Part shown: positions 39,352-53,166 of the stretch, piece by piece
How the letters are laid out: each line of letters opens with the position of its first letter
How positions within the stretch are numbered: position 1 is the stretch's first letter
Source: Octopus vulgaris
Taxonomy: Eukaryota
DNA: 64,000 bases
Assembly: GCA_951406725.2 (NCBI GenBank)
Contig: OX597824.1
Location: 60,760,001 to 60,824,000, forward strand
Reading direction: 5' to 3'
Notes under the pieces: model-generated
Databases searched by the model: none
What the model was told of the DNA's origin: nothing
What the model saw: the letters and a program-made list of their open reading frames with translations, nothing else
Position numbers and translations under genes: made by a program

Positions 39352-40451
39352 TGTTACGGGTTTAACTAGTGCAGTGTTTCTGACCCACATCGTGGATATG
39401 GTTCCAGTATGTCTGGTGAAAATGTGACAGTCTTTTGTCTAATGGAGGACTAATGGGTTTTGGAATGACCTGTGACCTCGTGCGGTTGAGAAAAGGGTCA
39501 GTGAGAATGTGAAAGAGGAAGACAGATTAAGGGAATCTAAGAGCAGATGGAGAGGGTATTGACAGTAAGAGAGAAGGACAGGCAGAGAGTATGGTAGAGC
39601 TGTCATGAGAGAGATAGAGTATAAGACTAAGGGACAGTTAGAGAGGGTATGAGCGGTACAGAGGGAGATGAGGGAGTGGAAGAAGCACAGAGACGAAGTG
39701 AGGTCTTAGAGTCGTTGAGCGGTCGTCGAAGAACACAGACGGATCTGGGAGTCGCTGGCCGGTTTCTGGAGGTCAGAGCGAGTAGATGGAATCTTGGAAG
39801 CGTTGGAATTCTTAGGAGCGAGCTGGGATGCGAAAGCTTGGCGGCACTGATTGGGATATATGCAGAGGGGATATGTACAGAAGGATTTAGCGGTATTCAG
39901 AGGAATTAGCAGGATTGAGAGGAATGGGACACTGGCAGATTCAATTAGGAATTGAGGTATGTGATTTGTGTATTGAACAGTGAAGAGAACAGTCAGAGAC
40001 TCTGTCGATATGTCGATTATCGAGTTGTGGTATTTATGTTCAGAATTGAGTAAAGGACTTGTTGATGTGACTTTATCTGTGATGTTCAGAAAGAGACTTT
40101 AAAAGAACTGTTGTCTTCGGACGTGAACTTTGAATTGTACTCTTGAAATGCTGTTGTATTATGCTTTGATCTGTTGTATGATGTATTGAGTAGTCACGTG
40201 CATGTCTTCCTTTAAATGTCTGCCTTAAATGTATTTGATGTGTAGCAATTGTAATTGTCGTATAAACTGTTGTTTGAATATAAGCCAGTGTCTCTGTTGC
40301 CTTGCCTCTTTTGGTGTCTCTCTCGGGTTGTGCCTCTGTATCTCTGTGCTGCTGCGGTTGTGGTCGTTGTTGTATCTCTCCTCTCTCCTCTTTGGGTTCC
40401 GTGGCGAACTTGTTGCTGTTCGGGCGAGCGACGACAGGTGATTCCGTAACA
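39352..40451. mobile_element. Probable solo LTR (1.1 kb) inserted in (TA)n
   Basis: TG...CA ends with an 8-bp inverted repeat TGTTACGG/CCGTAACA. ATAT on both flanks. No credible ORF. Confidence 0.65.
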
Positions 40452-40533
<82 letters not shown>

Positions 40534-41028
40534 GTGCGTGCATGCGTGCACGCACACACGCACACACACACACATATATGTATATAAGTACACACTCACA
40601 CACACATACATATTGCCATACAAATATCACAGTTAAGTTGCTTTCAGTGATGTGTTTACTTTAAGTATGATGCATAGATAGTTATTTTAACTTAATACCA
40701 CTTCTTTTACATACAGCAGATTTATATTCAGCTGGGCAGCTATAATAATATCAGTGAATGTTTTTTTGTTATTTTACTGTATACTGGAGGAGGCAAATAT
40801 CATCTAGGTATTCAGTTGGCTGCAAGTACACAATACTGATAAAGCCTAACAAAACTGGTTTCAGTGAGAGGGTGACGCCATACTGGGGTACCCACATTTC
40901 AGTTTGATGTGGGTTCATCTGATATTTCAGATAAAAATTTGCCTGGATGTTTGTTGAAGACCTCAACCTCTACACATATCTGTCTGTCTGTCCGTCCGTC
41001 CGTCCATCTGTCTGTCTATCTATCTTGC

Positions 41029-41059
<31 letters not shown>

Positions 41060-41251
41060 ATGTATATATATATGCATAGTTCAAATTTATAGGAAAGATG
41101 AAGATAGGCGAGTTAACAACACGCAGGTCTATTAGTTTGATGCTCGGAAGGAATGAAAAAGTCTTTAATGTTTTCAACCTATACTCTTTGACAGAAAAGA
41201 TTGAGAGAAAGAATGAAAAATGTAAGGTTGGAATAATAATTTATTCCCTAA

Positions 41252-41303
<52 letters not shown>

Positions 41304-42138
41304 TATATACACAAAAGAATACAAAAAATGGGACAGTTGGATGATACAAAAAGGGACATAAAAAAACAAGGACGGGTCATTCAGAGTTTTCTTTTGCCAA
41401 TCGAGTTCCAGATTATCTTTGCAGTTTTGGCTGCTTATACTTGAGACTGCTCCAACTTGGCCAACCCCAAGGAAAATCTAAGCTAAGTGCACTAGATTCC
41501 TTGGAAGAAAGCAGTGAATGTATACGAAAACAAGGATGGAAAAAAACAGAGAAATGGTATACAAATACAAATGTAAACAACAGGACATTAACAACAGGTG
41601 TCTTTCGACTAAGGGCAAATTAAATTAAGCTGGTGTGTGTGGAAGTGAAGCCTTACAACAGGAACATAAGAAGTGACAGGCATGGGAAGGAATATAGATG
41701 TTGCATGGATGGTAGATGAACCAAGAAAGAAAGGTCAGGTTTGGCTAAACATAGGTGGCATGACAGGAGAGGAGAGAGGTAGAGGCAGAGGGATAAAAGA
41801 ATTAGGGAGGGACGAGAAAAAAAGGAAAGGGACAGAGTGAAGTGAAAGAGGAGGGAAAGTGAGAATGAAGGGAAGGCCACTAGTGGACGTGGTATACTAG
41901 CTGCATTAGATTTTTTGATGGTGATAGGGAGATGAATACAAATTGTAGCTAAATTACCATCTCATGACCCCTACTGTTATTTGTCTTCTGCCACTCCAAA
42001 TTATAGTTAGGGTATTTTTCTCTCTAAGTTCATTCTGTTATAGTAATAGAAGCATTTTATTCTTTCATTCTCTAGTTCTGATGAAATATTTGCTAAAAAT
42101 TATAATGGAGTATCCTGTATGTTGGAAACCTATTTTTG

Positions 42139-42223
42139 GCATCTGAAGATGGCAGTGTATTTCAAATTAATGTAATACTTGTATTGCTCAATTAAATGGG
42201 GCTGCCTGAAACGGCCATAATGC
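42139..42223 (+). ncRNA. Type I hammerhead motif (partly degenerate)
   Basis: GCAT-CTGAAGA-T-GGCAG...CTGCC-T-GAAA-CGGCCA-TA-ATGC. Confidence 0.55.
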
Positions 42224-43118
42224 ACTAATATCTGGACATCCTTGTTACATATTTGCTTTAAATTCTCTTTACTTCAAGCTGTGCGGATAATATCAGACTG
42301 ACTTGATGCCTCAACTTAAGTACCCAATTCAACTGAATCTTAATTATTTCTTTATATATGCAAACACATAAGTATGTTGGGTTCTACACCAGGCTACTAG
42401 TCTCACAATGCCTAAGTAAAGTGTGTGTGTGTGTGTGTGTATGTATATATGTATATATATACATATATGTGTGTGTGTGTGTGCACATTTGCATGTATAT
42501 GCATGTGCATGCATGTGCATGTGTGTGCGTGTATGTGTATGAACCTCCATGCCAAAGCGTGAAGATTCATGAGATTTTCTTGGGAAAGTTACAGCTGTAG
42601 CTTCCTGTTTCATTCAGCTGGTTTATCTATGGTTTACTCTGTTATCTTCCTGCTCTCTTGAGCTTTATAATTGAGAAACAGTATCTATTTAACTCTTATG
42701 CACAGGACTGGTTGATGTGACATACATGCACGTCTACATACTAGAGGGACTGTGTGTGTGTGATATGTTTCAAGGCCTCTTCCCATGTCCATAACCTCTA
42801 TGCCTAACCATTGGGCCATCTGCTATTTAACCCATGACTCATCTTCATTATTTCTCTTAGAGTGACAAGCTGGCAAAATCGCTAGCACACCGAGAAATAT
42901 GCTTAGCAGCAAATCATCAGTCTTTACATTCTGAGTTCAAATCCTTCTGAAGTTCACTTTGCCTTTCATCCTTTCAGGGTCATTAAAATAAATCCCTGGC
43001 AAGCACTGGGGTCAGTGTAATTGACTAGCATCTGCCCCTACCCCCAATTATTGACCTTGTGCTAAAATTTGAAACCCTTATTATTTTTCTCTCCCCTTCT
43101 CTCTTTCAGTACACATGT

Positions 43119-43182
<64 letters not shown>

Positions 43183-44071
43183 ACGCACACACATACACAT
43201 ACACACACAAACACATGCATATATGTATAACATCATCATGATCATCATCATCATTTTAAAATCTACTTGCCCAATTTTATATGGGCCCGTTAAAATTCAA
43301 TGAGGCAGATTTTCCAAAGTTAGATACCCTTTCTGTCTCCAAGCCTCACTGCCAAGCAAGTTGATTCTATTCCATGGCCAGTCATGTTTCATGGAGATTA
43401 GAAACAAATGACACTGCTTATATGAGGTGTCATTTACAGCCATCATAATGTGTGAAGACAAAGGCACACACGCATGTATACACACACACATCACAAGCTT
43501 CTTTCAGTTTCTGTCTACCAAATCCACTCATTAAACTTTGGTTGGCCTGTGGTTGAAGACACTGGCTCCAGTTGCCACACACAAGGACTAAATTCACAAT
43601 GATGCAGTTGAGAAAGAAACTTTAACATTGTGACCATTTAGCAGACTACCAGTAGTAGTAAAGCTGCATTCATCTAAACTATGACCAGTTTCTTAACGAA
43701 TAGTTTTTTTTTAATGTTTTATGGATTAGGTGTACAAGAGATTGCCTACAGTGAACAGTGAGCTGCATGCAGATTCTAAGTTATGCTAAAAAATTTACTC
43801 AAGAAGGATTCTTCACGAAATATATCAACTGAAGAATAAGAACTTTGAACAATAGAATTATTCTTGTATGATGGTTAGTTATTCATTCATCATCATCATC
43901 ATCATCAACAGCAACAACAACATTTAGCGTCTCTTTTCCATGCTGGCATGGGTTGGATGTTTTGACAAGAACTGGCAAAGCCAGAGGTTGCACCAGATTC
44001 CGTAATCTGTTTTGGTTTGGTTTCTACAGCTAGACGCCCTTCCTTACACCAGCCACTTTATGGAGTGTAAT

Positions 44072-44312
44072 GAGTGCTTTTTATGTGACACCATTACCAG
44101 TGCTTTCTACATGTCACCAGCACCAGTGCTTTTTATGTGGTTTCAGTACTAGTACCTTTTATGAGACATCATCATGAGTGCGTTTTATGTGGAACCAGCT
44201 CCAGTGCTTTTTACATGATACCATCACCAGTACCAGTGCTTTTTACATGGCTCCAGCATCAGTGCTTTTAATGTGACACCAGCACCCACACCAATGCTTT
44301 TTACACGGCACC
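44072..44312. repeat. Degenerate about 25-bp minisatellite (about 9 units, core CCAGTGCTTTTTAYRTG) in an RTE-associated 3' UTR
   Basis: Repeated core visible by eye. Confidence 0.7.
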
Positions 44313-44699
44313 TTGGTTTTAGGATCTCAGTTCTGTTGTGGCGGGAGGGTCTTCTCCAGTACGGCAATGTGCCACAGATCTCAGTCCTCTGTGCCACATA
44401 TCTCACTCCTATTTACCAAGGATCTTTGAATGTGTCTGTATAATGGATGATAGGACCCCATCATTATGCAAATTTAGAAAGTTTGGAAGAAATTTAAACA
44501 GTTCTACTTCCATACTAACCATTATCAGGAGTATTATTTTGTTTATTGACTGTCAAGAATACTCAATTAGATTCAAACCAATGTGTACAATAAGGTGATC
44601 TTTACAAGCATTAAATGCCATACCTGTACAGATGCGGGAGAAGGAATGATTCAAAGAATTCCTGTCTAGAGCAATATGGAATATTGTTTATAGGGATTT

Positions 44700-47115
44700 T
44701 TCTAATGGTTCCCACGCCACCAAACATTTGAGTGAGTTTGTTGTCTGCACATTTTTAGTGCTTGTTGTACTCACACATTTGCCACACACAAAGTATATTT
44801 TCTCTGATAACCTTCCTGTGATACTGCTACACTTCTTATGTGTCCAAAGCTTGTACTGGGTACAGTGTATGGAATTTCCACCAACACTCATCTTGCTTAT
44901 CAAGCAGGGCCATCTCCCTGAAGGGACTTGTGATTTGTCTGTTTTCCTAATTACTAGGACTTCAGTCATTGCTAAATTAACTCTAAGGGCCTTAGATTCC
45001 AAGTTTTGCTTCCATACCTGAAATTTCTTTTATAAGTTAGTGATTCAGCTATCTATAGGTAACTATGTTAATGATCTACCTGTAGGTCATCAACATAGAG
45101 GAGCTCTCAGGGGCAACTGGCCTTGAATTCATCTCTGGTAAGGCCTGGAGGACTAAAATAAACAAGACAGGACTGGAAACCGAACCTTGGTGCACTTCTG
45201 CTTGTGCAGTGAATTCATTGCTATACTTGTTGCCAACCTTCACCTTACTGGCAGCATCCCTGTACATAGCTTGTGCAGCTCTCACTAACCACTCATCTAT
45301 CCCTAGCTTCTGCATTGACCACCAGATAAGGGAGCAGGGGAGTGTCAAATCCATGTACAGAGGTTTATCTTTGGCTAAATACTTCTGCTGTAGTTACATA
45401 ATCAGGAATATAGTATCAGTTGTGCTCCAACCTTGTACAAATCCAAACTGCATTTCATTTATGTTAACTCTCTTCCAAATTAATTGAGTTATGACCCTTT
45501 CTGTGACTTTCATCATCTGGTCCAGCAATTTGATGCCTCTGTAATTATTTCTGTCTAAGGCATCACCTTTGTCTTTATAGTAGCTGGCTATAATGCTGCT
45601 ACACCAATTGTTGGGTGTGACTCCCTTGTAGACAACCTAATCAACTATACGGGTGACTAAGCCATATCCTACTCCACCAGATATTTTAAGTATCTCAGCA
45701 GTGGCTCTTGATGGGTTGGAGCTTTTTCTGTTTTCATAACCTTAGTTGCTTCCTTTACCAAGGGATTGTCAATTTGGATAGCTGGGCCCTCAGCTGGATC
45801 TACATTTGGCAAACTAACCTTCTCCCATGCATTCTCTATATTTAGAAGCTTTTCAAACTGGCATTTCCAAGCCTCTTTCTTAGCAGAATCATTAAATGTA
45901 AGTGAACTATGCAGACACATTTCTCTCCTATGATATGATTTTTTTCTCACACGCTGTCACACTTTAAGTCTCTGGTCCTCACAGCACAGAACATTGGCAA
46001 ACTTCTTTTCTGCTTTTCTTCTGGCTAAATAATACCTATCTTCTAGCCTCCCTTCTGGCTATCTGATACACTTCCCTGTTATCACCACACTTATAGATCT
46101 TCCAGGCCTGTTTCTTTTCTCTAATGGCCCTGTCAACTACATAATTTCACTGCCATTTCACCTTAAGTTGAGAAGGGACTTTGCACCAGCCACAAATTTG
46201 GTCAGTGACCCTCAACAGGTTGTCCTGGAGGAACCTTCAGTTGTCCTCCGTGTTATATGTCACTATATCATCCTCCTTTTCATCAAATGCTTCAAATAAC
46301 ATATCTCTAAATCTCTGACCATTCAGAGGATCCTTAAACTTCCAGACTTTTCTTTTCCCCACTGGTTGTCTTCTTGGTAGCCTTTTAGCCCTGATTCTGA
46401 AGCTGCTAACAACTAACCTATGCTGAGGGGCGTATTCTTCATATGGGAAAATTTTGGCATTTATAAGCAGCCTTCTTTCCTGTTTTCTGGCAAGAATGTA
46501 ATCAATCTGGTAGGCAGACTAACCAGATTGACCAGGTGACTGGCAGGTTTCTTGAAATTAGTATTGCAGATCATAAGGTCATTTGCATCACAGAACTCCA
46601 GCAACCTGGTTCCTTCATCAATATAGGAACCAAATCTATTGTCACCATGCATGCCATGGAAGCCACTTGGATGTTGCTCAACATGCCCATTGAAGGCACC
46701 AGCCACAAAGACAATGTCACTTGTCATTTATTGCCAAGGTAGTCTGCAAAAGGGTGTCATAAAATCGGTCTTTCTGTTCATCAGGTAGACTTGGCTGAGG
46801 GGCGTAGGCCAAGTAAAGGTTGCCATTCCATTTTTCAAAACTAGTTTAAGCTTAAGTATTCTATCACATACTCTGATTGCCTTGATCACCTTATCAATCC
46901 ATCTCTCAGCAAGAAGTATGCTGACACCACCGTCCCATCGCTGTTCCCTACCCAGAAGATTCTATAGTTCTGCTCTTTGCCTGTGAGGAACCTGGCAGAA
47001 CTTCCTCTCTATCTTACTTCTTCGATGCAATACACATCTACATGCTTCTGTTCAAGCATCACAACAATCTCACCACACCTACTTTTTAATGAGCCTACAC
47101 TGAGTGTGTCAGCTG
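44700..47115 (-). mobile_element. Decayed RTE LINE (APE endonuclease and RT)
   Basis: AGAFNGHV...EGTRLLEFC...ICNTNFKK (APE) and VHQGSVSSPVLF (RT). Confidence 0.85.
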
Positions 47116-48252
47116 TGGGGGAGACACACAGGAATGGGGGACAGCATTCTGCATTTGAAAAGAAAGCTCACATGTATGTTTCCCGGTTCAAATAAGTTTC
47201 AACCTGCATTTATTTCACCATCATTTTATTCACTTCACACTCACTATGTTTATCAGGAGATAGCCCACTAGATAGGGGTGGGAGAAAGAGATAGCATTCT
47301 GTATAGGTTTCTGGTAGAGGTTTTAGGAGAAAGACTTCCAGTATAGGTAGAAGGGTAGGGTGGGTGTATATACAGTGAATGACCAAGCAGTTTAGCTGTC
47401 CCATGCCAAAGGTAAGGCCATATAAAATATCCAACCAAAGTGAAAGCATCTATTTGACATATAGCATGGAAAAAAAGTGAGGTTTTACACATAATACGAA
47501 CAAGACAAAATAAAATGAGAATCGAAACAAAATGAAGAGGTGAAAAACAGCACCTTTTCACTAGTATTGCTTAATGCAGTTATTATTTAACATATAGCAT
47601 GGAAAAAAGGGAGGTTTTAGACATTAAATGAGTGAGATAAAATTTTTGAGAATTAAAGCTATGGAAGAAAAATGGAACTGTTTATTTGAACATTAGGATT
47701 AGTTAACTTTACTATATAATATATAGCATGGAAATAAATGAGGCTTTGTAAGTAATATTAGTAATATGAAGTGAGGTGAGAAGTAAATCTAGGATAAGAA
47801 AATGAAGTTACTCATCTGAACATTTCTTATTCATAACATGACTAAAATTGCAAATATGAGGTAGGACCTTAAGGAAACTAATTCACAAGGAGTGGAAGTA
47901 ATACCCTTGTGCTGAGGTCGAAACAGCCAACAGGTGTTGCAAATGCCAAAGATATAAGGCTATATGTGGTAAAATACAGTATTTGATTGGCAAATAGCTA
48001 CTAACATTCCAACTAATTTTTTGCCACTATAAATAGGCATTTTCCTAAATTGAATAAATATGATAGAATCTTTACGGCAAATCTCAGTGTTATATCTAGT
48101 TTGCCTATATCAAGCAGTAATCAGTATACTCCATGCATAAAGCTGCATGTACAAAAATACTTGCAACATATAAAGGACAATAAAACTACATGTAAATAAA
48201 ACTTGATTTATATAAAGGAAGATACAGATTGGCCTCACTGGTAAGTTCTACA

Positions 48253-49140
48253 TCTATTATATAAAATCCGATCTGTCTGTCTGTGTGTCTTCTAGAATCT
48301 CGGGCGTCCTCCATCTGATTGCGCTCAAATTTGATATGTAGATACTGACGGTATTAAGGCATGTATAAGTCTTGAAAAAATTACAAAATTCGATTCCAGG
48401 TGAGAATACGATCGATAAAGCCGTGGGAACGTGCATTTGTACATGCAAGTACATCAGCTATTGCAATCGATACTATGCGTATACGAGAAAAATGCACATG
48501 CAGTTTGCACAAAAAAAGCCGGCTGGCTTGAAATAATGCCACAAAATGCAGTATATTTAAGAGACCAAAAAAGTAAGATGCAAAAGAGATATTTTCTTCA
48601 AACTTGGCATGAAGGAAGGAAAGACTATTTGGTTTCTCATGAATTTTTTTTTTGCCTTAATTTCGTTTAACAAAACCAAAAATTTTATTGAAATAAAGGC
48701 ATGCTTAATTATTTTTTAATGAAAAGAAAACACTGATTGCTTTTTATTCGTCAGATATGATTCAGCACCGTCCATTAGTTGGGGGGAGGTGCGTTTTGCT
48801 CATATCTCATAAAATTATAACTGAATTAGTGACCAGTAGCTGTATACAATATATCTGAAATTCATTAATTCCTAATTCCCCTAGTGGTTAAAAATATACC
48901 CTGATCTTATTTAAGGTATCAAGGTTCCAGATTTTCCTCTCACATTCTTTGCACTCAAAAACTATAATCACCTACCAAATATAATGTTAGCTTAACCCAA
49001 ATACCCTTATTTCTTTTCAGACCATGTCAGTGATTGGACCTTGAATAAAGTTGCATAGACTAATGATGACTATAACTGGGTGCAAATGCAATTGTGAGAT
49101 GTCTATGCAGCAGAAGCGTGCATCGGTCACATTTATATGT
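48253..49140 (+). mobile_element. Possible non-autonomous Helitron-like element (3' end uncertain)
   Basis: 5' end A|TCTATTATATAAAA followed by (CTGT)n and GATTGCGCTCAAATTTG, typical of such elements. No clean hairpin-CTRR end found. Confidence 0.4.
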
Positions 49141-49708
49141 TATATAATTGACTGTAGTAATTAAAAATACTCAGATGTATTAATCTCCAAAGTCACTGTA
49201 ATTATCTTGGACATACCACTTGGTAAACTATCTATAATCCAGCAAAGCAAACCCAAGGTTTATCCATCACATGAAATATATTGGGATTGCTTACCTCAAG
49301 TAATCCTAAGTGCTCCTTACCACTCAAACCCAAGATAGAGAGTTTGAGTGAGTAGTTTCTTAATGTATCTAGGATGGCAGTGATGCCAAATAAAATTGAT
49401 TGGATCCTGGCAATCTATCTGAGTCATGCTTGCATGGAAAACAATGATGATGATGATGATAATGGTGGTTATTAATGCTAAATGTAAGGTAAATAGGAAA
49501 ATTATATAATCATATTAGCAACATCCTGTATCAGATATTTAGATATTTACTTTTGTTTAGTTGTTAATATTAGATAGAATTTTTCTGGTAAATTAGTGTA
49601 AGAATAAAATATTTATTAAAGATTATGATTACAGGGAGGAGGTAAAATATTCTGGTTTATTAATGTTAAGGTATAGCATTCTGGGAATAACTTCATGAAA
49701 TGTCTTAC

Positions 49709-49802
49709 CTGAGTGAATGCAGATGTAGTAGTAGTAGTATTTGGAACAATAGTCGTAGTAGTAATAATAATAGTATCTTTTAATGAAGAGGGCTTCATAG
49801 AA
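49709..49802 (-). CDS. Putative Thr-rich (mucin-like) exon SMKPSSLKDTIIITTTTIVPNTTTTTSAFTQ
   Basis: Pyrimidine-rich acceptor ...gatttatctAG and strong donor CAG|GTaaga. 94 nt, phase 2-0, compatible with the downstream phase-0 Cys-module exons. Confidence 0.5.
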
Positions 49803-52800
49803 CTAGATAAATCTTAATAGATGAAGAAAAATAAAATTTACATAAAATAAATTATATAAAATTGCAATAGAAGTTTGAAGTGAAGTGAAATAGATAAGGT
49901 GAAGACAGATGGAAGACTTAGAAGAAAAGGAAGAGGGAGAGAAACAGATAATCCTCCAGATAGATCCATATATATAAAACCCCCACATACATATATATAG
50001 AGAGAGGAAGAGAAAGAGAGTATAATAGTAAAGAATAGGAGAGATAGAATAAAGAAAGATGGAGGAAGATGTATCATGTCAATCTTACTATATTATAAAA
50101 TATTTGTTATTATGATTTAATAATCTAATAATTATATGGAGATGTGCATAATTATATTGAGATGTGAACTTAAGATGTTGAACTATTGATCAATATGTCG
50201 TGAGTTCAAACCTTATGAAGGCTGTACAATTATTCTTTTGTGTCTGTAGTCACGGTGACATAATTTTATGTGATTTAGTTCTGTTTGACTGACAGTCTCT
50301 ACACCTTCTCCAAGTGAGTCAGTAATTTGCAGAAAGGACAACCAGCTGTAAAAGACATTGCTCCAGTGATATGCAAATGTATAATTTTCTATGATCCATC
50401 AAATGGTAAGGTAGATGTAAAACAGCAAAACAGGTCAATAATCAATAAACAATAAAGTTTCAAAAAATAGGAATCATCAGACAAAAGAGGTTTGCAAGCC
50501 AAGATTTGATTGATTTTATTCAGATCGAATTACATCTGTAGCAAATATTTGTGACAGGGAAGTGTTTAAATTAACTGCTAAAAGAAGTTGCTGGTAACGT
50601 TGACAATGTGGTCCCTTTACAATGCTATGCAGCACCTAGAGAATGGAGAAATATATAAGATAAAGCAATCAGTTTCACAACAACTGATTTATCCCCTTAT
50701 ATCATGTATTCATCCAATACAATCTATTAAAGCAAAAAGAAAATAGCTGAGCATTTAATCTACTCAACAACAGATGGATAATGTTTCATGGAGTTTCTAT
50801 ACATTACACTGATTAGTTTGTTGTGTGTTTTGATAAAACAAACTAGAGCTGTATTATTTCTCAGTACACAGACATATAAAACAATGATTAACAATAGACA
50901 TGACAAAGTAGTCACCTTTAACAAAATCAAGACACAGCCACTACACATATTGAACAACATTCACACAACAGAATGTCAAGTGTGTGTGTGTGTATGTATG
51001 TATAAGCAATGAAAATCTTACACTTGTAATTTTATTCCATAAGTTGGTTGTGAATCAAATTATAATGTCTGATGAAGTGAATGAACTCTAAATTTATTAC
51101 ATAAATTGTATAACTTGGTGTGAAATAAATAGCATTTGTCCTCTGAAACATATGTAACATTGACTTGACTTCCCTTTTCCTCACTTAAATTATTTTATTA
51201 TTCACTCTGTGAGGATTATAATATACCAATATGATACGCATTCTTTGGATTGGTTGAGTGCTTCTTTAATAATTAAAAGAAGTATAACTAATCATTATTT
51301 GGTTATTAAAAAAAAAATTCTAACCCTTATACTGATATTTGAACACTTTGCTAGTCAGATTCATGTATGAAGTGTTGCTGAAGTGATCATCTGTAATTTA
51401 CCTATCCCCCCCAATTATTATATGGTTGTTTATAGTGACTACACATATATTTAACTAATTGTTGGTTATTTAAATATTAGGTTTCATTTTTACAACTAGA
51501 AAGATCTATTTCTTTTATTAGTTGTTGATCCTCAACAGATCTACTCTGGGATGGTACATCTTACATATAAAAAAAGGCCATCTGACTGTTAGATAAATCT
51601 CCTCTGGGATCCTTTTGGTGTTTAGTTGATCTGGTAAAGATGGCAACGAAATTTTCCTCAAATCACACTTTGTTATGAAAAGAATGATACATTGAACAAT
51701 GTACTTGTTGATATATAAAAAATACAAGATGGTCATGGTTGAAAATCCTTTGATTGTTAGCTTGCTCAGTTAGGACTGACTTGGGTTTAGAAATAACAAC
51801 AACCACTCCACATCTCTCTCTCTCTCTCTGTCTCTTCCCCACTTAAATACTCCTTTCTGTTTCCCTTTTGATCTTAGATTTATTCATGCTTTTGAATTCT
51901 TCCTGTGCAGATACAAAATTCTTATCTACTGGAATTTAAAATTAATTGGAATTCAGTTGAAAGCTGTTGAAAAGAATGGTTTTATTAATTCCTCGTTTGA
52001 TGGAGTATATTGTGCTGTTGTCAGATCGGATCAAAATTGGTCTGTTGCTGGTAACCATGTGGATGAGCACTATCTGTTTTATGGTTGGTCCATTTGTGAC
52101 TAAACTGGCATGATGATGATGATACTGGTGGTGGTGGCATCATGACCAGATAAATAAACCATACCTGTCTACAAGGGTGGATGAACTTAACACGGAGTCA
52201 ATAGCCCTTCACCAATCCCTTCATCAAACAAATGGAGTGACCTCATCAAGTTTTTCTTGGCAATCCCTGCAGCCAATGTCTTGCTCAGATCTATTGGCTA
52301 TACCATTCCTCTGATCTAGGAAACTAGCGTTAAAGAACCCCCTTGATAAGTACAGTTCTGGTCAAAGTTACACCATTATTTAATCATAACCATTAACCCC
52401 ATTCCCCATGGAAGTACACTATGACTCCAGTTTAAGAATCATGGAGATAGTCATTTGTACTAATTGTTGATGAGCAAAGTTCCTCCTGTCACATGGTCAT
52501 AAATGATACACAGCTGTCATTCATTGTGCTATAAATAAAAACAAAAGATCTACTGATGCATAAGTTTACACACTAACATGCCCTATACCATAATAATTAG
52601 CACTATAAGAATCTTTTGGTAATTTTCCTTAAAAGAGTAAGTTATTATCAGTATTTTATTACATTTTTTTAATAATTTTGAAGAAGAGTAATGCTTATGA
52701 GTCTTTGAATGTCTTCAGCAATTGGCAAGAAGACAAAATCATGATGCATGGAAACTAGGAAACTACTTCTTATTCTGTTTGATGCTAGCATTCCATTATG

Positions 52801-53166
52801 AAAGAAACGTTCTGGAAGACAGCCTAGACTAATAATTTTGCTTGTTTGTTTGTTACACTTGTCTCAGTTTTCTGTGAAATGTGTAACTGTTTACATTACA
52901 CACACACACACACACATATAACTTTTATCTTTAACTTGTTTCAGTCATTAGACTGCAGCCAGGCTGGGGCACTGCCTTGAAGAATTTTTAATTGAATGAA
53001 TTGAAGCCAGTACTTTTCTTTTTAAGCTTAATACTTATTCTATCAGACTCTGTTGCCAATAAAATAGTACCAGTTGACCACTAAGGTTAATGTACCCCTT
53101 TCCCTAAAATTGCTGGCTTTGCCCAAAGTTTCAAACTAATGTTTAGTTTGAAATTCTCTATACATC

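Noticed and set aside
44072-44312. Short regularly spaced repeats resembling a CRISPR array
   Set aside because: Head-to-tail degenerate minisatellite without unique spacers, in eukaryotic retroelement DNA. No cas genes.
51023-51142. Segment with an acceptor (atgtttcAG) and donor resembling an exon
   Set aside because: Stops in all three frames. At most a UTR exon.
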